Part shown: positions 45,163 to 54,232 of the stretch, in pieces
Layout: each line of letters starts with the position of its first letter
Numbering within the stretch: the first letter of the stretch is position 1
Virus record (IMG/VR): IMGVR_UViG_3300032225_000686
Source: a virus
Taxonomy: Duplodnaviria; Caudoviricetes
Length of the DNA: 64,000 nucleotides
Direction: 5' to 3' (one strand)
The notes under the pieces: generated by a model
Databases searched by the model: none
What the model saw: only the letters and a program-made list of their open reading frames with translations
What the model was told of the DNA's origin: nothing
Translations under genes and position numbers: made by a program

Positions 45163-45768
45163 ATGGCTGAAGAGATGGAGACATACACTAGAGAACTAAT
45201 CACCGAGATATCATTGTCTCGCGTTTTCTCTCATGTCGAGAAGAGACCGTTCGCTATCCTCACAGCGTTTCGTGGTAGCAACTCTTTGCAAATGAACCGA
45301 ACGCAGAACAAGAAACTTGAGAACGACATTCGTGCCGCAGGGTTTGGCTTTGAGAAGGTCGTTGGAACTTATGAAGAGGATCTTGGCGATGGCAAGAAGC
45401 GAAGAGTTACCGAAGAGTCTTTTATGGTTATCGGTGATGATGACTCCGATGCAAAGGTCGGAGCAATCAGGGGCTTTGCCAAGAAGATGGGAACGAAGTA
45501 TGAGCAGGACGCTATCTTCTTCAAGTCTCCCAAGTCTCCACAGGGTTTTGTAATCGGAACCAAGGCAGACGCATGGCCCGGCATGGGCAAGGAAGAGTCT
45601 GTTGGTGAGTTCCATCCTAATCGTTTGAACGGTATCTACACAGCATTGAAGACCAAGAACAAGGAACCCATCCGTGGTTTTAAGTTTGAAGAGTTTCATC
45701 ACCCGATGACAGTTACACAGATTTGGGTGCGTCATCTCATGAAGAAGAAAGGTATAGACAATGATTAA
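45163..45768 (+). CDS. conserved large-phage protein (DUF3293-like)
   Basis: SLSRV..H, ILTAFRG, EESF and KYEQDAI motifs. Confidence 0.65.
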   Translation: MAEEMETYTRELITEISLSRVFSHVEKRPFAILTAFRGSNSLQMNRTQNKKLENDIRAAGFGFEKVVGTYEEDLGDGKKRRVTEESFMVIGDDDSDAKVGAIRGFAKKMGTKYEQDAIFFKSPKSPQGFVIGTKADAWPGMGKEESVGEFHPNRLNGIYTALKTKNKEPIRGFKFEEFHHPMTVTQIWVRHLMKKKGIDND

Positions 45769-45964
45769 CAAGTTTCGTGAACTACGCCGCCGTCGCAAGC
45801 GGAAGTATGAGGCTCGCAAGTTGAAGAGGCAGGAAGGTCTACTCAACGCAAAGAAGGAAACTCTTCGTAAGTTGGAGGATCATGGTATCCTTCCTGCTTG
45901 GATTAAAGAGGAGAAGTTTGGGCGAGAGCCAACCGCATACGAGAGAGCCAGATACAAGGTTTGA
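45761..45964 (+). CDS. small Arg/Lys-rich protein
   Basis: overlaps the upstream stop. Confidence 0.55.
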   Translation: MINKFRELRRRRKRKYEARKLKRQEGLLNAKKETLRKLEDHGILPAWIKEEKFGREPTAYERARYKV

Positions 45965-45977
45965 CCGTAACGGGATA

Positions 45978-46006
45978 AGTCGTTGGTTCAATTCCAACCT
46001 TGGGAG
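45978..46006 (+). pseudogene. tRNA 3'-half remnant
   Basis: GTC-GTTGG-TTCAATT-CCAAC-CTTGGGAG with no matching 5' half. Confidence 0.5.
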
Positions 46007-46042
46007 TTGACAATACTTGGTTAGATGCTATACTACCTGTAT

Positions 46043-46115
46043 GGGATCGTAGACCAACGGCAGAGTCAGCGGATTTAAAATCCGCAAAGTATGGGTTCGA
46101 ATCCCATCGGTCCTA
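46043..46115 (+). tRNA. tRNA-Leu(TAA) with short variable loop
   Basis: loop TTTAAAA; 5-nt variable region; promoter at 46007-46034. Confidence 0.85.
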
Positions 46116-46119
46116 TAAT

Positions 46120-46205
46120 GCGAGAGTGGTTGGAATTGGCATACACGGCGGATTCAAAATCCGCTGCCCCCCAAAGGCGTGTGGGTTCGAATCCCACCTC
46201 TCGCA
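46120..46205 (+). tRNA. tRNA-Leu(CAA)
   Basis: loop TTCAAAA; long variable arm. Confidence 0.95.
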
Positions 46206-46242
46206 CTTTGTAAAGATTCAGTTTACTCGTATATCTACTCAC

Positions 46243-46428
46243 ATGGAAACCATCACAACCACATCCCTCATCATCTCTCTACTGTCCGCACTAACAGCAG
46301 GTGCTTTCAAGTTGCACAATTGGTCATACTCTCGCGGGTACGCGCACGGGCAACACGCGGGATTTAGCCAAGGCTTGTGGAAGGCTCATGAACGAAATAA
46401 CCGAAAGAAGACCTTGACACAGGTCTGA
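46243..46428 (+). CDS. small membrane protein
   Basis: METITT..., TM helix followed by a GYxxG repeat. Confidence 0.5.
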   Translation: METITTTSLIISLLSALTAGAFKLHNWSYSRGYAHGQHAGFSQGLWKAHERNNRKKTLTQV

Positions 46429-46449
46429 CTTCGCGGTATAATATTCGTA

Positions 46450-46773
46450 ATGGCAACTCCAATCTACACAATTGGCAAGGAAGAAACCTTCACCACCATT
46501 CATCAGAAGTGGGCGGATGAGTTCATTTCTATGGTGAAGACGAACAAGACTTTGGTGTGTAGGACTTGCAAGCACGAAGTCCCCGCCAAGGGAGATGAAG
46601 GAAAAGATGAAACTTTTTTGTGCTTCCCTTGCTTTCGTGATGAACATAATGGGGAGCCTTCAAAGAACAAGGAATACTTTGACAGCCTGAACAAGCAGGA
46701 TGCAATAGAGAAGGTTCGTGAGGCGAAGAGAAAGCCTAGAAAGAAGAAGGTACAGAATGACACTACCATATGA
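46450..46773 (+). CDS. CxxC...CxxC zinc-finger-like protein
   Basis: CRTC...CFPC; leaderless promoter at 46414-46442. Confidence 0.65.
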   Translation: MATPIYTIGKEETFTTIHQKWADEFISMVKTNKTLVCRTCKHEVPAKGDEGKDETFLCFPCFRDEHNGEPSKNKEYFDSLNKQDAIEKVREAKRKPRKKKVQNDTTI

Positions 46774-47284
46774 ATCCTATTGGGCAGTTGTGAGGACTTC
46801 AGAGTTTCTCAAGGAAGTCATGAGCAATACCAAGATGGGCAAGGACGAAATCCGAAAGAAAGCCCGTGCTCTTCTCAAGCATTACCCTTTTGACTTTGAT
46901 GTTGAACTGTGGGTTAAGAACAACGAGAAGGTTATGTGCGAGTGGGGTAAGCCCAAGGCAAACGAGAAGGGTTTCATCGCTATCGGTCGGCACGATCCCG
47001 TAGAGTATTCCCCCAAGCATGGAGGTTGGATTTTTTGGGTGGAAACATGGGCAGACTTCAATGGTCCTTTCGTTAGTGAAGAGGCTTGTCAGGCTGCTCT
47101 CGTTGAATACTGCAAGCAACTTGATAGTGGGGAAAAGGCCAGAGAAATGAAGGCAGAGAAGGAAGAAGAGAAGCGAAGAAACGATCTACTGAAGACAAAC
47201 GCATTCTCTCCTCCTGAACTGAAGGAAATGGTTGCCAAGGTCAACAAGTCCTTGGCAAAGAAGAAGAAGGCACGGGCTAAATAA
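46757..47284 (+). CDS. hypothetical protein
   Basis: MTLPYE...ARALLKHYP. Confidence 0.6.
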   Translation: MTLPYESYWAVVRTSEFLKEVMSNTKMGKDEIRKKARALLKHYPFDFDVELWVKNNEKVMCEWGKPKANEKGFIAIGRHDPVEYSPKHGGWIFWVETWADFNGPFVSEEACQAALVEYCKQLDSGEKAREMKAEKEEEKRRNDLLKTNAFSPPELKEMVAKVNKSLAKKKKARAK

Positions 47285-47290
47285 CAAAGC

Positions 47291-47372
47291 GTCGGTGTGG
47301 TGAAATTGGCATACACGAAAGATTTAGGTTCTTTTGCCGCAAGGCGTGTGGGTTCGACTCCCTCCACCGACA
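47291..47372 (+). tRNA. tRNA-Leu(TAG)
   Basis: loop TTTAGGT. Confidence 0.95.
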
Positions 47373-47377
47373 TTCAC

Positions 47378-47450
47378 AGTCCCTTAACTCAACGGCTAGA
47401 GTGCTTCCTTTACACGGAAGAAGTTGTAGGTTCGAATCCTATAGGGACTA
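47378..47450 (+). tRNA. tRNA-Val(TAC)
   Basis: loop TTTACAC. Confidence 0.95.
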
Positions 47451-47452
47451 CT

Positions 47453-47524
47453 GCCACCTTAGCAGAGCGGTAATGCGTCGCTTTTGTAAAGCGAAGATCA
47501 TGGGTTCGATCCCCATAGGTGGCT
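47453..47524 (+). tRNA. tRNA-Thr(TGT)
   Basis: loop TTTGTAA. Confidence 0.9.
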
Positions 47525-47546
47525 TTAATAGAAATAAATAACCGTA

Positions 47547-48302
47547 ATGAAATACAACTCTGTTTTTATTTCCGACATTCATCTTGGTTCTAAAAAAGCC
47601 AAAAGCAAAGCACTAAATGAATGGTTGAAAGGTAACGAAATGAAAGAATTGTATTTGGTTGGTGACATTATTGATATTTGGAGATTCAAACAAGTGTTCT
47701 CCATGTCACATCAAAAACAAGCATCACACCTTGAAGTGGTTGAACGAATTCTAAAGCACACAAGAAAGGGAACATCTGTCCATTATATTTGGGGGAACCA
47801 CGACGAGTTCATGCAGAAGTTTAGTGGTCACAGAATATTCGGAGCAATAAGCCTCCATGAAAGAATGGACTTTGTTTCCAAGAGTGGTAAAAAGTTTCTT
47901 GTGTTACACGGACATCAATTTGATTTTTTGACTAAGTATCCAATTACATCATGGACTTATAAATTGGGAGATAGATGCTATGAGATTCTTCTCTCTTTCA
48001 ATGAAGTCTTTAATTGGGTCAGAAGAGTAATAGGTATGAGATACTGGAGTATCAGCAAATACATAAAAATCAAAGTAAAGCGAGCAACTCAATTTGTTGA
48101 AAGTTTTGAAACTGTTGTTTGCAGATACGCTAAAGAAAATGGGTATGATGGTGTTATTTGCGGACACCTACATGAACCAAAGGTAAAAACGATAAACGGT
48201 ATAGTGTACGCTAACACAGGTTGTTGGACAGAGAAGGACAATTGCTCCTTCCTGTATGAGGATGAAAATGGAGACTTGCAAATCGGAAACCAAGAAACCT
48301 GA
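47547..48302 (+). CDS. LpxH/YbbF-like metallophosphoesterase
   Basis: SDIHLG, GDIID, GNHD, HGHQFD, CGHLH and NTGCW motifs. Confidence 0.85.
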   Translation: MKYNSVFISDIHLGSKKAKSKALNEWLKGNEMKELYLVGDIIDIWRFKQVFSMSHQKQASHLEVVERILKHTRKGTSVHYIWGNHDEFMQKFSGHRIFGAISLHERMDFVSKSGKKFLVLHGHQFDFLTKYPITSWTYKLGDRCYEILLSFNEVFNWVRRVIGMRYWSISKYIKIKVKRATQFVESFETVVCRYAKENGYDGVICGHLHEPKVKTINGIVYANTGCWTEKDNCSFLYEDENGDLQIGNQET

Positions 48303-48482
48303 TGATTATTGGATTGATTTCACCTTCAACTTTGTTGTTGGATGTTGTGTGTTTGTTTTGTTCATGCTATGCTTGGGTGGTATAGTTGTTGAACACATCA
48401 AGGCTAAAATGAAAAGAAAACAATATGTTAAACCCCTTTGTTCGCAATAGACGAGTAAGATACAAAAAGGTAGATCACACTA

Positions 48483-48677
48483 ATGCTTGAGTTTCACAAC
48501 CCGATACCGGTTGTCGTAGAAGATGGTAAGGAAGGATATGCCATCTATGTACGAGACTCAGGAACCTTTGAAAACGACATTTGGTGCGTGGTGCATTGCG
48601 ATTCGGGGATTGTTCGCCATTACCGATCCGATCAAATCCGCATCCATTTCAACGCAACTTTCAACATCACGAAGTAG
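48483..48677 (+). CDS. small hypothetical protein
   Basis: EFHNPIPV...ENDIW. Confidence 0.55.
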   Translation: MLEFHNPIPVVVEDGKEGYAIYVRDSGTFENDIWCVVHCDSGIVRHYRSDQIRIHFNATFNITK

Positions 48678-48759
48678 CCATTTTTATAAATACTGGTGTT
48701 CTTGGAAGGACAGATTTCTAGGAATCTGGCCGTCTAAAAAGGACAGAACGGAGCCGCGT

Positions 48760-49611
48760 ATGCTAAGACCGAGGTGTTTGGTCATGGCGGGCGTTCTAAC
48801 GCTCGCAACCGTGCTCACAGCAGGACAAGTATCCTGCCATTCATCAGCAAATTGCGATTGCAATGGCTACAATCAACAGGTGGTAGAGAAAGTGGTGGGT
48901 GCTAATGCAGTAGTCCACTATGGAGGAAGTCCTCTTGGTTCTGGTATTGCATATCGCAAGAATGGTAAGTTGTATGTGCTAACAGCAGCACATGTGATAG
49001 AAGACGAACAGGAAGTAAAGAGTAAGTATTGGTTCTGCCCGCAAAACTTTGTGGAGATAGACGATACACCATCTCTTCAAGTATGCCCTGAAAATAAGCC
49101 AAGTCAGGACAAGACATGGGGAACCAAGAAGATAGAGGTCACTCTCTTTGCAGGAGAATACGAGTCTCCAATTTCTACAGAGACTTGCAAGTTAGTATTC
49201 AACGATCCCGAGTATGATCTATCAATACTAGAGGTGGAGCAAGAGAAGCCACTTACTCCACTCGTAAAGGGATGCCTCTTCGATTACAATATCCCGCGCA
49301 TGGGTGTGCCCGTATACATGATGGGCAATCCTGCTGCGGATTACATGACTATCACCCGAGGAATAATCGGCAACAATCATAGGAGCCGTGGATCACTATC
49401 TGACCATTTGCCTTTCTTCTACCAGACAGATGCAGATGGTGCTCCCGGCTCTTCAGGCGGCGGTCTCTATCGTGCGGACACGGGCGCGTGTGTGGGCGTA
49501 GTGGTAATGTTGAATTGTAGAAATTTCCAAGTCTACTGCGTACCGGCCATGTTCTTGAGAGAGACACTAATCAGGCACAATCAAGTAGATTTGTTGCCAC
49601 CAAGCACTTGA
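48760..49611 (+). CDS. trypsin-like serine protease with N-terminal hydrophobic signal
   Basis: LTAAH, DLSIL and PGSSGGG motifs; TATAAATA at 48685-48692. Confidence 0.85.
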   Translation: MLRPRCLVMAGVLTLATVLTAGQVSCHSSANCDCNGYNQQVVEKVVGANAVVHYGGSPLGSGIAYRKNGKLYVLTAAHVIEDEQEVKSKYWFCPQNFVEIDDTPSLQVCPENKPSQDKTWGTKKIEVTLFAGEYESPISTETCKLVFNDPEYDLSILEVEQEKPLTPLVKGCLFDYNIPRMGVPVYMMGNPAADYMTITRGIIGNNHRSRGSLSDHLPFFYQTDADGAPGSSGGGLYRADTGACVGVVVMLNCRNFQVYCVPAMFLRETLIRHNQVDLLPPST

Positions 49612-49662
49612 CTTCACTCGTTACTGTGATATAATCTCTCCAACACCTTTAGGAGGTACACT

Positions 49663-50364
49663 ATGAACATCTCGCAAGACACTATCGCGTTGCTCAAGAA
49701 TTACGCTGCAATCAACAGCAACATCGTGATTCGTTCGGGCAACACTATTCGCACCATCAGTCCATCCAAGAACATCTTCTGTGAGGCTACTGTCTCAGAA
49801 GAGTTCCCTATTGACTTTGGCATCTACGATCTGAGCAAGTTCCTTGCTACGATCAGCATGTTCAAGGATCCAAACTTTGAGTTTGAGGATACCCATGTGG
49901 TCATCTCAAACAAGGGCAGCAAGTCCAAGGTCAAGTATTACTACTCCGATCCTGAGCAGTTGATGAAGAGCGACAAGAAGTTGAAGATGCCCCCTTCGGT
50001 GGTCAACTTCCGCTTGGATGGTAAGGATCTCGTTGAGTTGCAGAAGGCTTCTGCTGTTCTTGGTTGCCCTGATATGGAACTCTCTCGCAAGGGTGACCGT
50101 CTTGAACTACGAGTCCTTGACCGCAAGGATCCAACAAGCCACAACTATGCTATGGATGTTGGTGATACCGACACAGATGCAGACTTCAAGTTCCTGTTCA
50201 AGGTTGATGCTCTTCGCATGATCCCCGGCAACTACGATGTCATGATAAGTGACAAGAATGTTGCGGAGTTCCGTAGCGAAGACGGCAACAAGGTGTATTG
50301 GATTTCGCTTGAGAGCGACAGCACCTACAAGGCAGGAAAGAAGTCTCATGCTACCATTGGTTGA
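49663..50364 (+). CDS. 45: sliding clamp (T4 gp45)
   Basis: LKNYAAINSNI and FGIYDLSKFL; synteny; promoter at 49608-49635. Confidence 0.95.
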   Translation: MNISQDTIALLKNYAAINSNIVIRSGNTIRTISPSKNIFCEATVSEEFPIDFGIYDLSKFLATISMFKDPNFEFEDTHVVISNKGSKSKVKYYYSDPEQLMKSDKKLKMPPSVVNFRLDGKDLVELQKASAVLGCPDMELSRKGDRLELRVLDRKDPTSHNYAMDVGDTDTDADFKFLFKVDALRMIPGNYDVMISDKNVAEFRSEDGNKVYWISLESDSTYKAGKKSHATIG

Positions 50365-51280
50365 AAAGTACCGACCTTCCAAGGTCGCAGACTGCATCCT
50401 CCCCGCAAGCATCAAGAAGACCTTTGAGGATATCGTCCGCACGGGCGAAGTCCCAAACATGATTCTTGCAGGTGGTGCAGGGTGCGGTAAGACCACGGTC
50501 GCGGTTGCGATGTGCAAGGAGTTGGGTCTAGACTACCTGTTCATCAATGCGAGCGAGGACAATGGTATTGATGTTCTCCGTACACGCATACGCAACTTTG
50601 CGTCCACGGTCTCTTTGAGTGGCGGCAAGAAGGTAGTCATCCTTGATGAGGCAGACTATCTGAATCCGCAGTCTACACAGCCCGCTCTTCGTGGTGCTAT
50701 TGAAGAGTTTGCTAACAACTGTAGATTCGTTCTTACCTGCAACTTCAAGACCCGTATCATTGAGCCTCTGCACTCTCGCTGCACGGTGATTGACTTCAAG
50801 ATTCCTGCAAAGGAGAAGCCAACACTAGCAGGACAGTTCTTGGATAGAGCCAAGATGATTATGGACTCCGAGGGTGTGCAGTACGAAGAGAAAGCAGTAG
50901 CAGAACTAATCATTCGCTACTATCCTGACTTCAGAAAGACTCTGAACACCATTCAGCGTCATGCCCTGTCTGGAGCAATCAACGCTTCTGTCCTTTCTAA
51001 TGGTAAGGACATTGAGATAGATGCTCTCATCAAGGCTATGAAGTCAAAGTCATTCCCTGAGATTCGTAAGTGGGTTGTGGATAACTCTGATAGAGAACCC
51101 GCTTCCCTATTTAGGAAAATCTATGAGGGAATACAGGATAAGGTTGAGATGGGATCAATCCCACAGGCTGTTCTCATCCTTGGAGAGTATCAGTACAAGT
51201 CTGCCTTTGTTGCAGATCAGGAACTAAACCTTGTAGCATGTTGTTTGATGCTTGCTTCAGACTGTACCTTCACTAAATAA
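50348..51280 (+). CDS. 44: clamp loader ATPase subunit (T4 gp44)
   Basis: VEKYRP, GCGKTT, LDEAD and PLHSRC motifs. Confidence 0.95.
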   Translation: MLPLVEKYRPSKVADCILPASIKKTFEDIVRTGEVPNMILAGGAGCGKTTVAVAMCKELGLDYLFINASEDNGIDVLRTRIRNFASTVSLSGGKKVVILDEADYLNPQSTQPALRGAIEEFANNCRFVLTCNFKTRIIEPLHSRCTVIDFKIPAKEKPTLAGQFLDRAKMIMDSEGVQYEEKAVAELIIRYYPDFRKTLNTIQRHALSGAINASVLSNGKDIEIDALIKAMKSKSFPEIRKWVVDNSDREPASLFRKIYEGIQDKVEMGSIPQAVLILGEYQYKSAFVADQELNLVACCLMLASDCTFTK

Positions 51281-51287
51281 GGATGCC

Positions 51288-51998
51288 ATGAATCCCAAGA
51301 TAAAAAGCCTGAACGATCTTACAATCGCGTTGCATGAGATCAACAAGAAGTTCCGCATCAATGAATTTGTGGAAGAGTATCGCAAGTCTATTGGGGAATC
51401 AAGCAGCGAGATACTGACCCAACTAAAACAGGATGGGTTGAGTAATCCATTTCAAAAGATCGTAAGTCTATCCTCCAAGATAGATGAGAGTGATCTTGAT
51501 AAGTTGATGGTTGTGGGTGAAAAGTTGACGAGTAAGTACAACTACACCGAATACTTAGATGAGTGCCAAAGCCTACGAGATGCGTTTCTAAAGGATCGTC
51601 GCAACTACTTCGCATCAAAGGTAACTCGTCAGCCAAGCACAAAGAAGTACGAGATGACAAGCATCTTTGACTTGAGCGGAACAACCGATATGATCCTAGC
51701 GGACTTCATAGACAAGGCACTAGCCCTGATTCATCCAAAGCATTTGGATATTGTGTATGAGGACTTGAACGGGAATCGCGTCAAGACAAAAATAAGACAC
51801 AGACCTGCATCAATTACACACGATCATGTCGAAGCCCCCCTGATTGATCGCTATCATGGCATCAATGCATACGACACCTTCTTGCTCAGATCCTTTTACG
51901 ACATCAAGAAGAGCGAGTGGGTTTACATTCCTATTCGCCTGATCGTATCCTTGACTTCTGAAGAGGATATCTCTAGTATCCTTGATCTAAAACTATGA
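51288..51998 (+). CDS. hypothetical protein inserted between genes 44 and 62
   Basis: CTAAATA at the end of gene 44; C-terminal FYDIKKSEW is SH3/WYL-like. Confidence 0.6.
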   Translation: MNPKIKSLNDLTIALHEINKKFRINEFVEEYRKSIGESSSEILTQLKQDGLSNPFQKIVSLSSKIDESDLDKLMVVGEKLTSKYNYTEYLDECQSLRDAFLKDRRNYFASKVTRQPSTKKYEMTSIFDLSGTTDMILADFIDKALALIHPKHLDIVYEDLNGNRVKTKIRHRPASITHDHVEAPLIDRYHGINAYDTFLLRSFYDIKKSEWVYIPIRLIVSLTSEEDISSILDLKL

Positions 51999-52384
51999 AC
52001 CCCTTTGACTTCGTAAACAGCATCAACGACAAGACAGGCAACCTCATAGACCGCGACTTCGACAAAGAGAAGCAGTACATTCCCTTTGTAATCAATCGTG
52101 CGTTCTCGCAGTTCCCCGATACTGTTATGGCGGCGAACAGCATGAACACCTTTCCACACCTAGACAAGAAGTTGCAGTATGACTTCCTGTACAACTCTAT
52201 CAAGAAGCGTAAGAGATTCTCTCGTTGGCCCAAGGCAGAGTGGGATGAGGAGATCGGTGGTATGATCTGCGAGTACTACAATGTGAGCAAGTACAGGGCA
52301 AGAGAATACATGGCTCTGATGACTGAGGAAGATATAGAATATCTGAAGAGAAAGACATGGAAGGGAGGAGTGAAGGGTAAGTAA
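51995..52384 (+). CDS. 62: clamp loader small subunit (T4 gp62)
   Basis: PFVINRAFSQFPDTV..AN.MN and LQYDF motifs. Confidence 0.9.
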   Translation: MNPFDFVNSINDKTGNLIDRDFDKEKQYIPFVINRAFSQFPDTVMAANSMNTFPHLDKKLQYDFLYNSIKKRKRFSRWPKAEWDEEIGGMICEYYNVSKYRAREYMALMTEEDIEYLKRKTWKGGVKGK

Positions 52385-52424
52385 ATGCTAAATACCCCTT
52401 GGACACACATCAAGGAGTATTGTC

Positions 52425-52862
52425 ATGTCGCTAGTGGAATCCTTCGTGGAGGTAACCCTCCCCAATCCAGAGAATTTCTTGAAAGTCAAGGAAACTCTAA
52501 CCCGCATCGGGGTATCATCAAAGACGGAAAACAAACTATGGCAGTCCTGCCACATCCTTCACAAGAGAGGCAAGTACTACATCGTTCACTTCAAGGAACT
52601 CTTCATGTTGGATGGGTTGCCTGCGAACTTCCCCGATTCGGACAAGGCTCGCCGTAACACAATCTGCAACCTGTTGCAGGAGTGGGGTCTAATCAAGATC
52701 GTAGATTCAAGCAAGACCAAGGAGCCTGTAGTCCCCGTATCGTACCTAAAGATTCTACCGTTCGGTCAGAAGAAGGAATGGGAACTAATCCCCAAGTACA
52801 ACATCGGCAGGAAGAGAGCAATGGATCAAGGAGAGACCTATGATCCCGACAGCGAAGAATAA
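52425..52862 (+). CDS. regA: translational repressor RegA
   Basis: FLKVKETLTRIG and QSCHILHKRGKYYIVHFKELF. Confidence 0.97.
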   Translation: MSLVESFVEVTLPNPENFLKVKETLTRIGVSSKTENKLWQSCHILHKRGKYYIVHFKELFMLDGLPANFPDSDKARRNTICNLLQEWGLIKIVDSSKTKEPVVPVSYLKILPFGQKKEWELIPKYNIGRKRAMDQGETYDPDSEE

Positions 52863-52887
52863 TTAACCCCTTTTTGAAATTTACATT

Positions 52888-53421
52888 ATGGAAACACTAA
52901 AGTTAAAATACAACAAACTTTGGATAGATGTCCCTGATCTAGCCTTCGCTACAGAGCAGTCTGCCTGCTTTGATGTCAAGGCTTACTTCGGTTCCAAGAC
53001 CCGTATGGTGGATGCCTACGACCGCAATAACGGTCACCACAGGCTCATGGCGGGCTTTGAGCGTCCTGATGCCCCTCCGTTCCTTATAGTGCCTCCTAAT
53101 GGCGTTAGGGTGCTTATACCCACAGGGATCGTCCTAGACATCCCAGAGGGCTATTCCGTTCGCCTACACGCCCGTAGCGGGCTTGCAATCAAGGGCGGCT
53201 TGATATTAGCCAACTCCGAGGGTATAATAGACTCCGACTACACAGACCAACTTATGGTAGCGGTAGTCAATATCTCAGACCTTTCTATCCGAATTACACA
53301 TGGAGACCGTATCTGCCAAGGCGAGATGGTCCCTGTTCTCAAGTACTCTCTTGAAACCACCGACGAGAGAATCCTCCCAAAGACTAGCCGAAAAGGTGGG
53401 TTCGGCTCTACTGGAGTTTAA
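52888..53421 (+). CDS. dut: trimeric dUTPase
   Basis: ACFD, RSGLA, GIIDSDY and RKGGFGSTG motifs. Confidence 0.95.
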   Translation: METLKLKYNKLWIDVPDLAFATEQSACFDVKAYFGSKTRMVDAYDRNNGHHRLMAGFERPDAPPFLIVPPNGVRVLIPTGIVLDIPEGYSVRLHARSGLAIKGGLILANSEGIIDSDYTDQLMVAVVNISDLSIRITHGDRICQGEMVPVLKYSLETTDERILPKTSRKGGFGSTGV

Positions 53422-53424
53422 AAA

Positions 53425-53907
53425 ATGACACGCGATGAACTGCTCAAGATTCACGAAGACCTGACTACCAAGGCTCGTAACCTGATGAAGAAGAAGAATG
53501 CTGACTACGCAGGTAACGATGGTCTTGAACCCTTTGCAAATTTCACAAGAGTTGAATCTATGGGAATTTGCACAACTGAACAGGGCTTCCTAGTCCGCAT
53601 GACCGATAAAATGAGCCGCCTTTCGTCATTTGTCGAGTCCGGTAAGTTGGCAGTTGAAAATGAATCTTTCGAAGATACTCTCGTAGATGTTGTCAACTAC
53701 GCCGTTTTGATGTATGCTTACATACATGGCAAAAATACCGAATCGGCACAGTATACTCCGAAGTTCATTGCTGGCGTTAAGCCTTCTGATGTTGTTTACG
53801 ACAAAGGTTGCTGCAAGCACAACCCAAAGTCAAAGTTCGAAAACTTCATTAGCAATCCGTGGACTAACTACGCAACAGACCCGTCAGTTGTTGGACGCGA
53901 TGCTTGA
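53425..53907 (+). CDS. nucleotide-modification-associated (DUF1599/Nmad1-like) protein
   Basis: KKNADY, RMTDKMSRL and EDTLVDVVNYA motifs. Confidence 0.75.
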   Translation: MTRDELLKIHEDLTTKARNLMKKKNADYAGNDGLEPFANFTRVESMGICTTEQGFLVRMTDKMSRLSSFVESGKLAVENESFEDTLVDVVNYAVLMYAYIHGKNTESAQYTPKFIAGVKPSDVVYDKGCCKHNPKSKFENFISNPWTNYATDPSVVGRDA

Positions 53908-54232
53908 AGTTGAGAGCGGCGGCAAAGACGATGCTGTTGGTGACAACGGCAAGGCGATTGGTCCGTACCAAACTTGGGAAGTGTATTGGCGGGATGCTGT
54001 TGAGTATGATCCATCAATCAATGGCAAATACTCAGACTGCAAGAACCGTGCATACGCAGAACGAATTATGGTAGCATACCTCAATCGTTACGCTCCCAAG
54101 GGTGCGACCTACGAGACTCTTGCTCGCATTCACAACGGCGGTCCAACAGGATACAAGAAGAGTAAAACTATCAAGTACTGGAACAAGATCAAGAAAGTTC
54201 TATATGGAAGACAGCAGATACCAAATCATTGA
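53726..54232 (+). CDS. i-type/destabilase-like lysozyme with putative signal peptide
   Basis: EVESGG, GPYQ, YW.DA and ARIHNGGP motifs. Confidence 0.75.
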   Translation: MAKIPNRHSILRSSLLALSLLMLFTTKVAASTTQSQSSKTSLAIRGLTTQQTRQLLDAMLEVESGGKDDAVGDNGKAIGPYQTWEVYWRDAVEYDPSINGKYSDCKNRAYAERIMVAYLNRYAPKGATYETLARIHNGGPTGYKKSKTIKYWNKIKKVLYGRQQIPNH

